A stretch of DNA of 64,000 nt from an uncultured Fidelibacterota bacterium (GTDB lineage: Bacteria; Fidelibacterota; Marinisomatia; Marinisomatales; TCS55), in assembly GCA_902581045.1 (NCBI GenBank), contig CACHMU010000004.1, forward strand, positions 860-64,859, read 5' to 3'. Positions 1 through 10,200 of the stretch are shown piece by piece (position 1 is the stretch's first letter; the number at the start of each line of letters is the position of its first letter). Position numbers and translations under genes: made by a program. Under the pieces are notes generated by a model. That model had not been told where the DNA came from, ran no database searches, and saw only the letters and a list, made by a program, of their open reading frames with translations.

Positions 1-435
1 CAAGATATAACTTGTATGGTCCTTGGAGGTCATGGTGATACAATGGTACCAATTACGCGTTTAGCAACTATAGGTGGTGTTCCCTTAGAAGAATTGATTC
101 CATCAGATAGATTAGATGAAATCGTTGAACGAACAAGATTCGCTGGTGGAGAAATAGTGAAATTATTTGGGAATGGATCTGCGTATTATGCACCAGCTCA
201 ATCTGCTATAGAAATGGCTGAATCCTATCTTAAAGATAAAAAACGTGTTATACCCTGTGCGTCACTTTGTGAGGGTGAATTTGGTATTAATGGATATTTT
301 ATTGGCGTACCTTCTGTTATTGGCTCAGGGGGAGTAGAAAAAATTTTAGAATTTGATTTAAAAGACGAAGAAAAAGCTGCCTTAGATAATACATTAGAGG
401 CAGTAAAAAATACAGTTAAAGAAACTGGGTTATAA
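1..435 (+). CDS. mdh: Malate dehydrogenase (LDH-like NAD-MDH), C-terminal part; 5' end lies outside the window
   Basis: Frame 1 is open from nt 1 (QDITCMVLGGHGDTMVP...), with stop TAA at 433-435. The GGHGDTMVP motif and the C-terminal LDH/MDH-fold sequence are typical of LDH-like malate dehydrogenases. Confidence 0.85.
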   Translation, partial: QDITCMVLGGHGDTMVPITRLATIGGVPLEELIPSDRLDEIVERTRFAGGEIVKLFGNGSAYYAPAQSAIEMAESYLKDKKRVIPCASLCEGEFGINGYFIGVPSVIGSGGVEKILEFDLKDEEKAALDNTLEAVKNTVKETGL

Positions 436-726
436 AATAATAAAGATATCCCCATTCTTTATTTCTATTTCATAAACATTAATTTTTATTGATGGATTTA
501 CAATAGAACAAGCTTTTTTCACATCGAATTGCCACAAATGATACTTACATTGAATTACTGAATCAGATATATTGCCATCTGACAGCGAAGCCCCTCGATG
601 AGGGCAACGGTTGTCCCAAGCAAATATCTTTCCATTTATATTAAAGAGAGCCACAGGCTTATCATTCACCATAACAAGCTTACTTCTACCAGGTGGGATT
701 TGATTTATTTCGGCAATTTTTTTCAT
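430..726 (-). CDS. Small Rieske [2Fe-2S] domain protein (NirD/ferredoxin-type)
   Basis: 98-aa ORF carrying both Rieske cluster boxes, CPHRG (C-x-H) and CKYHLW (C-x-x-H). Its start ATG overlaps the elbB stop (TAATG on the minus strand). Confidence 0.75.
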   Translation of the reverse strand: MKKIAEINQIPPGRSKLVMVNDKPVALFNINGKIFAWDNRCPHRGASLSDGNISDSVIQCKYHLWQFDVKKACSIVNPSIKINVYEIEIKNGDIFIIL

Positions 727-1385
727 TAAATCATTGATAATACTTTTTTAATTAATTGTTCAATTCCATCTGCAGCCTCTTTAATTGAGTTGGCCTCCAT
801 ATATGCAGGTGTTGTAACAATTTTTTTATCTTCATCAATTATCATTTCTGTAACTGGGCAATCAATATGCTTACTTCCCATAGATATAATATCTGTTGAT
901 GTGGTTTCATCATATCCAATTGTCATATTTGCTGATTCTTCTTGCTCTCCCAATATTTTTGCCATCATTACTGGAGCAATACATATAGCCCCAATAGGTT
1001 TGTTCATTAATCTTAATTCTACAATTAATCTGTAAACATCAGGATTAACAGAACACTCTGGACCTGCCATTGCGTAATCACATAAATTTTTTGCGACTCC
1101 AAATCCACCGGGAATAATTAATGCATCTAAATCATTTCCCGAAACTTCAGCCATATCCTTTATTTCACCTCGAGCAATTCTAGATGACTCTACTAGTACA
1201 TTTCGATAGTCCTCCATTTCTTGACCAGTATAGTGGTTAATTACATGCATTTGATCAATATTTGGTGCCATTAGAATCATTTCAACGCCAGCTTTATCTA
1301 GGAATAGCATTGTAAGTACGGATTCATGAATTTCTGCACCATCATTAACCCCACAACCTGATAATAACACTCCTACTTTTTTCAT
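726..1385 (-). CDS. elbB: ElbB-like DJ-1/PfpI family protein (glyoxalase/isoprenoid-biosynthesis ElbB type)
   Basis: Colinear with E. coli ElbB from the first residues (MKKVGVLLSGCGVNDGAEIHESVLT ... IIPGGFGVAKNL ... ICIAP). Confidence 0.8.
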   Translation of the reverse strand: MKKVGVLLSGCGVNDGAEIHESVLTMLFLDKAGVEMILMAPNIDQMHVINHYTGQEMEDYRNVLVESSRIARGEIKDMAEVSGNDLDALIIPGGFGVAKNLCDYAMAGPECSVNPDVYRLIVELRLMNKPIGAICIAPVMMAKILGEQEESANMTIGYDETTSTDIISMGSKHIDCPVTEMIIDEDKKIVTTPAYMEANSIKEAADGIEQLIKKVLSMI

Positions 1386-1396
1386 TTAGATCTCCT

Positions 1397-2320
1397 CTAT
1401 CTTGAGTTTTTTATTATATTTCGTTTCAATCCTGAAAACTTTGCTCGTTTCGCAGATGATCCTTTAAAAGTATTTTTGAAAGTTGATTCATTTAAATTTT
1501 CCCAATCAATATTTTCCCATTTTAATATTTCTGATCGAGGATAAAAATTGTCTTTTTGAGTTACTTGATTAAATTTAATATTCCATGGACAGACTTCTTG
1601 ACAGATATCACAACCATATATCCAATTATCAAGCTGTATTTCATCTTGGAAAAATTCTTCTCGACATTCTATCGTTTTATATGAGATACATTTCTCTGAA
1701 TCTATTTCGTATTCGCTAAGTGCTTGAGTTGGGCATGCCTCAATACAAGACATACAAGTGCCACATAAATCCTCTTCAAATGGCAAATCATAGTGCAGTT
1801 GCATATCAATAACAAGTTCCCCTAAAAATATCCAACTTCCATAATCTTTGGTAATCAAATTTGTATGTTTACCTTGCCAGCCTAGTCCTGCTTTTTGAGC
1901 CCATACTTTTTCCATTAATGGAGAAGTATCTACACAAGCTAAGCCATTTACATTCGGATATTTTACTTGAATCCATTCCAAAAGTGAAATTAATCGTACC
2001 TTAAGGACCTCATGATAATCATCTCCCCAAGCATAATTACTGAATTTATAATCAGATTTTAAGTCAGTTTGATTCATACCATTGTAATAATTCATTCCGA
2101 CTGATATTACTGATTGTGCATCTTGAAAGTATGAATGTATATCTCCCCTCTCTTTTTTTCTTTTTACTATCCATTCCATTGATGCATGTCTTTTATTATT
2201 TATCCATGATTCTAAATATTCTTTTTCTTTAGATATTGTTTCAGCTTTTGTAATGCCAACTTTTTCAAAACCAAGTTCAATGGCACGTGACTTGATTTCA
2301 TCTGAGAAGTCTTTTTTCAT
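1397..2320 (-). CDS. queG: Epoxyqueuosine reductase
   Basis: QueG-type N-terminal region plus two 4Fe-4S ferredoxin motifs (CGTCMSCIEACP and CDICQEVCPWN). Confidence 0.85.
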   Translation of the reverse strand: MKKDFSDEIKSRAIELGFEKVGITKAETISKEKEYLESWINNKRHASMEWIVKRKKERGDIHSYFQDAQSVISVGMNYYNGMNQTDLKSDYKFSNYAWGDDYHEVLKVRLISLLEWIQVKYPNVNGLACVDTSPLMEKVWAQKAGLGWQGKHTNLITKDYGSWIFLGELVIDMQLHYDLPFEEDLCGTCMSCIEACPTQALSEYEIDSEKCISYKTIECREEFFQDEIQLDNWIYGCDICQEVCPWNIKFNQVTQKDNFYPRSEILKWENIDWENLNESTFKNTFKGSSAKRAKFSGLKRNIIKNSR

Positions 2321-2322
2321 AT

Positions 2323-2868
2323 CTAATTATTGTCACTTAAGAATTTTTCTAACCAGAAAATACCAATAATAGTTTTTACATCTGTAATTTCTCCTTGATA
2401 AATGAAATCCATAGCTTGTTCAATAGATAACGGTGAAACTTCTAAAAATTCATCTTCATCAAGCTTTTTATTTGACAATTGAAGTTCTTCAGCTAAATAC
2501 ATCCACATTTTTTCATTAGAGAATCCAATTGCTGGATAAATATTTGTTAGAAAGGTAATTTTATTACTTTTGTATCCAGTCTCCTCTTGAAGCTCTCTAT
2601 GAGCACATTCCAAAGGATCTTCTCCTTGATCTAATTTTCCCGCAGGAATCTCTATAAACTCTTTTCCAGGTCCATATCTAAATTGCCGAATAAAACAGAT
2701 ATTCCCATTTGGTAAGATTGGGATTATGCAAACAGCTCCAGGATGATCAATCCATTCTCTTGTACTAGTTTTTCCATTTGGTAGTTTAACTTTATCAAAA
2801 AATAAATTTATCAGTTTTCCTGAAAAAATTTTTCTTGATGAAATTTTACTTTCTTTAAGATTGGACAT
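2323..2868 (-). CDS. NUDIX hydrolase (ADP-ribose pyrophosphatase-like)
   Basis: Nudix box GKLDQGEDPLECAHRELQEETGY (GX5EX7REUXEEXGU). Length is typical of NudF-type enzymes. Confidence 0.85.
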   Translation of the reverse strand: MSNLKESKISSRKIFSGKLINLFFDKVKLPNGKTSTREWIDHPGAVCIIPILPNGNICFIRQFRYGPGKEFIEIPAGKLDQGEDPLECAHRELQEETGYKSNKITFLTNIYPAIGFSNEKMWMYLAEELQLSNKKLDEDEFLEVSPLSIEQAMDFIYQGEITDVKTIIGIFWLEKFLSDNN

Positions 2869-2892
2869 TAACTGATAAAAATAATATCCAAC

Positions 2893-3663
2893 TTAGAAGT
2901 ATTCAATATAAGTTATCTTTAATTCACGATTAAAATAGTCGACTCGATCTCCATCAAATAATAGATTATTAGCATTCATTTCAATATGAAGATGCTCAAC
3001 GAAAGTCCACCGAATAGCAGCATTCAAGTAACCACCTCGATTAATTGCTAAATTTTTTGCCGTCATATCATTCTCATTTAGTGCAGCATTATATTCTACG
3101 ATAAATGATAACTCTGGATTGAATTCCACATCAAAACCAAAAAAATAATTTATGTCATCATCACCATCATTTATTTCAGTAAAATTATAATTAGATCCAA
3201 GATGAAATCCAAGATTTCCTAAGGGAGTTATCCAATTTTTGCTAGTAGAAATATACATTCCCATAGCTTTTATATCGTATCTCATTAGTGAATCCGCACT
3301 GTGGAATCTCCCTTGCCCTTGCGTATCTAAACCAATAGCCAGACCAGGAAGTGATTCAGTTTCATCTATTAATCTATATTTTAAATTTGCTTCAGGCCTA
3401 GGATGCCAAATCAAACTATCATCTCCAATAAGATTTGCTGAACCAAAAGATAATCCAAATTGGAAACGATCTGTAATGCCTACAGTTAATGAAGTTGTAA
3501 GACCTCCAGCCTTTTGGACACGCATTTGTAACGCATAACTTCCACGCACTAATGTACCAGCAGATGGTATTGTTATCAAATTAGTAGGAGGCGGGTAGGA
3601 TTGAGACCAAATGGTCTGGAATAAAAAGAAAACAATAAATATTAAAGAGTTAATTACTTTCAT
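2893..3663 (-). CDS. Putative outer-membrane beta-barrel protein, family not recognised
   Basis: Signal peptide (MKVINSLIFIVFFLFQTIWSQ), Gly/aromatic-rich alternating strands, and a C-terminal aromatic beta-signal (...ITYIEYF). Confidence 0.5.
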   Translation of the reverse strand: MKVINSLIFIVFFLFQTIWSQSYPPPTNLITIPSAGTLVRGSYALQMRVQKAGGLTTSLTVGITDRFQFGLSFGSANLIGDDSLIWHPRPEANLKYRLIDETESLPGLAIGLDTQGQGRFHSADSLMRYDIKAMGMYISTSKNWITPLGNLGFHLGSNYNFTEINDGDDDINYFFGFDVEFNPELSFIVEYNAALNENDMTAKNLAINRGGYLNAAIRWTFVEHLHIEMNANNLLFDGDRVDYFNRELKITYIEYF

Positions 3664-3727
3664 TCAATCTATTAGGTATGTGGTTACTACTAATCAATTT
3701 AGCAACTACTAGTGCCCTGATGCAAGA

Positions 3728-4627
3728 TTAGGGGAAAATTCTCTCACCATACTTTGATGTGATAGATTTTACTCGAAATTTTGGGATGGTCAATTGATCA
3801 GATTGACCTACAATTTTAAATGTAATTCTTTGCTGACCTAATTCTATAACTTCAACCATTAAACTATCATTATTTGTTAAGATCATTAAATCATAATCAG
3901 TTTTTGGAATAAATACATCAAAAGGAACTTTAATATCTCTCGATCTAATATCTTCAAGGAGTAGTGAAATTTCATCCAATCGATTGCCAAATCGAGGGGG
4001 TAATGTCTTATATAATTTATCAGCAGGTGTTTGAGCTAAAACCATATAACTCACTTCTTGGCCATTTTGATCATATTCCCAAATTGCTTTTTTCATTGTC
4101 AGCATGTCTGTAGAATAAGCAAAACGCCTAACAATTTTTTGGCTTGGCAACTCACGCCAAACTTCTCCTATTAATAATCCTAAATGGTCATAAATAAAAT
4201 CGATCTCACCATACAATTTTCCTTGGATATTGGTAAAATGAATCAAATCAATTTGACTCGATTCATTTAAAATAAATTTTGATTCCTGCCCCTCATAATA
4301 TTGCCTATTTCTACTATCAAAAGATTTACGAAACTCGATTGACCAAGGCTCATCTTGACCAAATTGGATCAAACTATCAGGCCTTTGATCAAGATTCAAA
4401 AAATATCTCCTAATTAATCTTTTATCTTTATAATCTAAAACTTCCCATTTAATTGTTTCACCTTTTTCATCTAACCATTCTTTAAGTAATGGGATTTTTT
4501 GATCAGTATAAAATACTTGCATATGGGATTGAGAAAATCTTTGTGTTGCCAGCAATCTTATATCTGCTATATAGTCGCTTTCATTTGCATAAAATCGAAC
4601 GAAGCTAATCTCATCATTGCTAATCAA
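3728..4627 (-). CDS. Hypothetical protein (299 aa)
   Basis: Long uninterrupted ORF inside a densely coding minus-strand run. It has an apparent TTG start. I recognise no signal peptide or catalytic motif. Confidence 0.45.
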   Translation of the reverse strand: MISNDEISFVRFYANESDYIADIRLLATQRFSQSHMQVFYTDQKIPLLKEWLDEKGETIKWEVLDYKDKRLIRRYFLNLDQRPDSLIQFGQDEPWSIEFRKSFDSRNRQYYEGQESKFILNESSQIDLIHFTNIQGKLYGEIDFIYDHLGLLIGEVWRELPSQKIVRRFAYSTDMLTMKKAIWEYDQNGQEVSYMVLAQTPADKLYKTLPPRFGNRLDEISLLLEDIRSRDIKVPFDVFIPKTDYDLMILTNNDSLMVEVIELGQQRITFKIVGQSDQLTIPKFRVKSITSKYGERIFP

Positions 4628-4667
4628 GAAACTTGCATAGAATAAAATAGATTTAATTAAATACAGA

Positions 4668-5801
4668 TCACATACCTTTATGTTTTATCATTTCAGATAG
4701 AAAAGCATCAGCCCATTTTGAGAAAATTCCTAATTCAATATTTTTTCTTATTGTTTTCATTAGTGTCATATAATAGGTCAAATTATGGATAGTGGCCAAA
4801 CGAAAAGCAACCATTTCTTTAATGTTAAATAAATGACGCAAATATGCCCTAGAAAAATTTTTACAAGTATAGCAGTTGCAATCTGGATCTATTGGCTCAA
4901 ATGATTCTTTATGTTTATTATTCCCAATATTAATTATTCCAATGCTTGTAAATAGTTGGCCATTACGGGCATTACGTGTTGGCAAAACGCAATCAAACAT
5001 ATCAATTCCTGATTTAATGGATTGAACCAAATCTGTTGGCCTACCTACTCCCATAAGATAACGTGGCTGCTCATTTGGTAATATTTCATCCATCAATGAA
5101 ACAATATCATTCATAGCATTTTTTTCTTCTCCCACAGCTAATCCACCAATTGCAATTCCACAATTAGAGGATGACACGAGTTCATTTGTACTTTTCTTTC
5201 TTAAGTCGGGGAAAATCCCTCCTTGAATAATTGGGAAAAGTGTTTGCTCCCAATCATAAAGAGGTGCATTGTCGTTCAAATATTTCTTACATCTATTAAA
5301 CCATAGCGTACTTCTGGCCACTGCTTTATCAATTAAAATTCTGTCTGCTTTTCCATCAGGGCATTCATCAAAAGCCATTATAATATCGGACCCCAAATTC
5401 CTTTGAATTTCCATTGATAATTCAGGAGTAAGAAAATGTTTACTACCATCTAAGTGAGATTGAAAGTAGACACCATCATCTGAGATATCATTTAACTTGG
5501 CTAGCGAAAAAACCTGGAATCCACCACTATCTGTTAATATAGAATTGCCCCAGTTCATAAATGAATGTAATCCGCCAGATTTATGAATGATTTCATAGCC
5601 AGGCCTAAGATATAAATGATATGTATTACCTAAAATAATTTGGCTATTTAAATGATACAGAACATCAGGGTCAATAGTTTTGACAGAACCTTGTGTCGCA
5701 ATAGGCATAAAAACTGGAGTTTTAATTACACTATTTTGTGTTTCGATGATTCCACTTCGAGCAGAAGAAATCTGATCGCTAGAAGTTATTGAGAATTTCA
5801 T
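4668..5801 (-). CDS. tgt: Queuine tRNA-ribosyltransferase (tRNA-guanine transglycosylase)
   Basis: Full-length Tgt-like sequence with TDSGGFQV, MAFDEC and the zinc site CNCYTC...H. Confidence 0.9.
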   Translation of the reverse strand: MKFSITSSDQISSARSGIIETQNSVIKTPVFMPIATQGSVKTIDPDVLYHLNSQIILGNTYHLYLRPGYEIIHKSGGLHSFMNWGNSILTDSGGFQVFSLAKLNDISDDGVYFQSHLDGSKHFLTPELSMEIQRNLGSDIIMAFDECPDGKADRILIDKAVARSTLWFNRCKKYLNDNAPLYDWEQTLFPIIQGGIFPDLRKKSTNELVSSSNCGIAIGGLAVGEEKNAMNDIVSLMDEILPNEQPRYLMGVGRPTDLVQSIKSGIDMFDCVLPTRNARNGQLFTSIGIINIGNNKHKESFEPIDPDCNCYTCKNFSRAYLRHLFNIKEMVAFRLATIHNLTYYMTLMKTIRKNIELGIFSKWADAFLSEMIKHKGM

Positions 5802-7183
5802 TAAAACAATTTTTGAAAAGCTTCATTTACATTAGAAACACCAGTTATTTTTATCTTTTTTGAATCTTTTGTTATTCGATTAACACTGGAGTTAGGAGCA
5901 ATTACATGCTTAAATCCTAAAGATTCAGCTTCTTTAATTCTCATATTTAATCCATTAACTGAACGAACTTCACCACCCAATCCGACTTCACCAATTAATA
6001 CTACTGATTCTGAAATCAATTTATTATTTGCACTTGATGCAACAGCACTTATCACGGATAAATCAGCAGCGGGATCATTTACTTTTAACCCTCCAACTAA
6101 ATTAATAAATACATCTTTTGTGCCCATTAATATTCCCAATCTCTTTTCTAAAACAGCGAGCAACATGGCAAGGCGTTTATAATCAAATCCATTCACATTG
6201 CGCTGAGGTGTTCCAAAGTTTGCATTTGAGACTAGTGCTTGAATCTCTACCAAGATAGGGCGGCTTCCCTCCAATGAAGAGAATATTACTGAGCCTGTAA
6301 TATCATTTTGCCGTTCTGAGAGAAATAATTCTGAAGGATTATTAACTTCAATTAATCCTTTCTCTTCCATTTGAAAAATGCCAACCTCATTAGTTGTTCC
6401 AAATCTGTTTTTTACAGAACGAAGGATTCGATGATCATACCTATCATCTCCCTCAAGATAAAGGACTGTATCAACCATATGTTCTAACATTTTTGGACCC
6501 GCGATAATACCTTCTTTTGTTACATGGCCAATAATCATTACTGAAATATTTTCCTGCTTTGCCAATTGCAATAATCTTTGCCCACATTCTCTAATCTGTG
6601 AAACCGATCCAGGTAATGAATCTAATTCATCACTAAAAACTGTTTGAATTGAATCAATAACAACTAGTTTTGGATGTATTATTGATATCTGATCTAAAAT
6701 AGAATCGATATTGTTTTCTGATGATAAATGAAGGTTTTTGGAATTAACACCTAATCGTTTTGCCCTAATACCCACTTGAGATTCACTTTCTTCTGCAGAA
6801 ATATAGAGAACTGACTGATCGAACGCTGGTAAAATTTGAAGCGCAAGCGTTGATTTTCCAATTCCAGGGTTTCCTCCAAGCAATATCAATGTTCCTGACA
6901 ATAACCCACCTCCAAGAACACGGTCCATTTCATGTATACCTACAGATAGTCTCTTAGATTCATCCTTAATTAGAATATCTTCTAATGTTTGAGAATCTTT
7001 TTTTATACCATTTTTTTGAAATTTCTTTTTATTTGAGACCTTATATTCGCTTAAGGTTCCCCATTCATTACAAGAAGGACATTGCCCATTCCATTTTGGA
7101 TGATCATCTCCACACGCAGAGCAAAGATAAATAGTTTTAGATTTCATTTTAGCCATATCCAGGATAGAAATTCCATTAGGCAA
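5801..7183 (-). CDS. radA: DNA repair protein RadA
   Basis: C4 zinc finger (CSACGDDHPKWNGQCPSCNEWGT), Walker A GGNPGIGKST, the RadA KNRFG motif and a Lon-like C-terminal domain. Confidence 0.9.
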   Translation of the reverse strand: MPNGISILDMAKMKSKTIYLCSACGDDHPKWNGQCPSCNEWGTLSEYKVSNKKKFQKNGIKKDSQTLEDILIKDESKRLSVGIHEMDRVLGGGLLSGTLILLGGNPGIGKSTLALQILPAFDQSVLYISAEESESQVGIRAKRLGVNSKNLHLSSENNIDSILDQISIIHPKLVVIDSIQTVFSDELDSLPGSVSQIRECGQRLLQLAKQENISVMIIGHVTKEGIIAGPKMLEHMVDTVLYLEGDDRYDHRILRSVKNRFGTTNEVGIFQMEEKGLIEVNNPSELFLSERQNDITGSVIFSSLEGSRPILVEIQALVSNANFGTPQRNVNGFDYKRLAMLLAVLEKRLGILMGTKDVFINLVGGLKVNDPAADLSVISAVASSANNKLISESVVLIGEVGLGGEVRSVNGLNMRIKEAESLGFKHVIAPNSSVNRITKDSKKIKITGVSNVNEAFQKLF

Positions 7184-7217
7184 TAGCTAGAATCAAGTTA
7201 ATTGGACAAAAAATTAT

Positions 7218-10200
7218 TTACCAATCATAACCTATAGATAGATACCACTGGGGTTTTCCAAATCCAGAGTCTGTCCAATCATAAGCTGCTTCAATTCTCC
7301 ATAACATATAAATAGGTAATTTTATTCCATAACCAATTGAACGAACCCAAGGAGAAAATTTGTCAGGAAGATTATTCCCATATTTTGCCTGAAGAAATTC
7401 AAAATTAGTGAATTCACGTTTATCATCCCAAGCTGCACCAAAATCCATAAATACATGACCAAGAATATTTCCTAAAGTCATTTTAAATGGAAACCCAATT
7501 TGCAAATATTGAATTAATGGAAAGCGAAATTCCAAGTTTGTTAATAAAACATTTGTTCCAAATCTCTCTGAAAATCTTGCACCTCTTAATGGATAAGCAA
7601 ATTCAGAAAAATAAATGTCTTGAAGTAAGGATTGATTTTGACTATCTAGAATAACATTTCTCCATCTAGATTCATTCGTATCTCCATCATATACACCATC
7701 AGTAGTACCAGTACCAAATAACCAATTTTGCATGCCACCTAAGTAAAATTTTTGAGGATTTTTCCCAGTGCTTGTACCAAAAAATAAACGACCCGCAAAT
7801 GAATAATCTCGACTTATCATCTGATACTTTCTAAGGTCAACTTTAATTTTTTGGAAAGAGAGCCCTTTATCTCCCATTGCTGGACTTAATTCAAATGTTG
7901 TGTTTTGCCTAAATCCATCGATTGGACCTGTATAACCAAAAACTGAATTATCGTAAATATAACTTAAAGTTGGATTAGCAGAAACAAAACCATCTTCATC
8001 AATAATAGTATTGCTATTTTCAAAAGAGCTTATTTCAAATAATTTGTAATCTAAATTATGAAAAACTAATCCAGCATCTACCCGATTAAATCGATTGAAT
8101 GGTCGAGAAGCTACTGCCGCAAATCCAAAATGGCGCATTCTTGCCGATTGCTCAATTGGAAAACCAAACTGATTATAATATCCTCCAACAAAGAAAAAAT
8201 CAGCTTGATGAAAAAGGGTAAAATAATAGTCTAACCTATTTTTCAAATAAGCATAGTTTAAAAAGTAGTCACCATTTGTAAGTGATATTTGAGATTCTAC
8301 AGCAAGAGATAGTTGGTGATCACCCATAAGGTCACTAAAATAAAAGACAAGCAACCCTTGATGCCCAAAAACATTATTATAGCCGTAACTGCCTTGAGCT
8401 ACATCTAAACTAAATTTTGTTTTATAAGCCTGAGGAATATATTCACCATCATTGCTAATTGATGCTGAATCTGGTTTAATTGTAAGAGGATCCTGTTGAA
8501 AATCCTTTTCATTATAATTATCATATTCCCAAGCAAAAATATAATTTGAAAAATCTTTAGTTAATGCCTCTGTACCTTTCCTTTTATGTTTTCTTAAATC
8601 GGCTAAATCTTCTTTATCATTTTTTCCACGGTTAGCAATATAGTTTGTTGGCTCAACAGTTGTCTTTTTTAACTCTAGTGGGTTATTTAGTCTATATACG
8701 TCCCAACCCAATCCTGAATATCCAGAAAACACTAATGAGCCATCATCTTTTGTCAAACTCAATTGAAATAGTCCTGTAAGTAGGTTAGTAATAACAACTG
8801 ATTCTCCCGTTAGTAAATCATGCCGAAATAAGTTCCAAGTCCCTTGGTAATCAGCAGTATAAAAAATGACATCTTTTGTATTTGCAAAAATTGGATAATT
8901 TTCATTGTACTGGGTATCAGTAATCTGATTGATTTTTTTCGTTTCAAGATTCAGCGTATAAATATTTTTTTGCTTGTAGTTATGATAGAACATCCCTTTT
9001 GAAGACATTTTATTTTTATCAATAATTTTATCTCTATCTGATACAAAAACAATTTGAGTTCCATCGGAATTCCAAGATGGTTCACTATCAGAAAAGACAT
9101 CATCTGTTAGGTTAGAAAGCTTTTTTGAAACTAAATCATATAAATAGATATCACTAGCACCACCCTCATTGCCAACAAATGCTAACTTATCTCCATTTGG
9201 GCTCCATGAGGCAGTAAAAACACCGTCTAACTGAAATGGGATTTTTTCTTGTTTTCCCGTTTTGATATTTATAAGATAAAGCGCATCTGAAGAACCAGCT
9301 TTAGCAGCAATTACGATTTTTTCACTATCCGGTGACCAACTAATACCTGGCTGTAAAAATTTTAATTCTTCAAAATCAATGGAACGATTTCCTTTAATTA
9401 ACCTTTTTACCTTTCTTCCTGAAACTGCATCTAAAAGATAAATATCCATATATCCTGAGCGATCAGAAAGAACTGCAATATGACTACCATCAGGTGAAAT
9501 AGTCGGTGATACATTGTAGAAGTTACCTGATTTTTTATGGTCAGTTAATCGCTTTGCTATATCTTTAACTTCATCTCGTCCTTCCACATCGGGGTAATAT
9601 TCTTTTTTGATATATTTATGCCATTGCTCAGTTAACTCTTCAAAATCCATACCTATTGCATCCTCAAATCCCTTTTGGGCATTTCCATAACGTTTCATGG
9701 ATTGAAAAATTTCACCAATTTTTTCCCGACCATACTTTGTTGCAATAAACCTCCAAACTGATTGACCACCTTTATAGGCCAAAAAGTATTCTAATTCTCT
9801 AATAGTAGGAATTCTTTCATTTATCGCTAAATCCCGGATAATCATATCTGCTTCTGTATCCCAATTCATAGATAAATATTCAGCAAGGCCTTCATTTGTC
9901 CATAAAGGAAGCATTAGAGAAATATTATTAGATATAACATTCTGCATTCTCCCACCATAAACCATATCATTTATCATAGCATGTACTAATTCATGATGCA
10001 ATACATGTCTAAACTTGGCATAATCACCTTCAAATGGCATAACAACACGATTTTTGTATAATTCTGTTACCCCTCCTATACCTTCTTGCATATATACACC
10101 AACTACATTCGTCTGTTGAAATTCATTATGAGAATGATAAACAATTATTGAAACTCGTTTTCTCAAGTTCCATCTTAGATGTTTTGCTATCTGTTCATAA

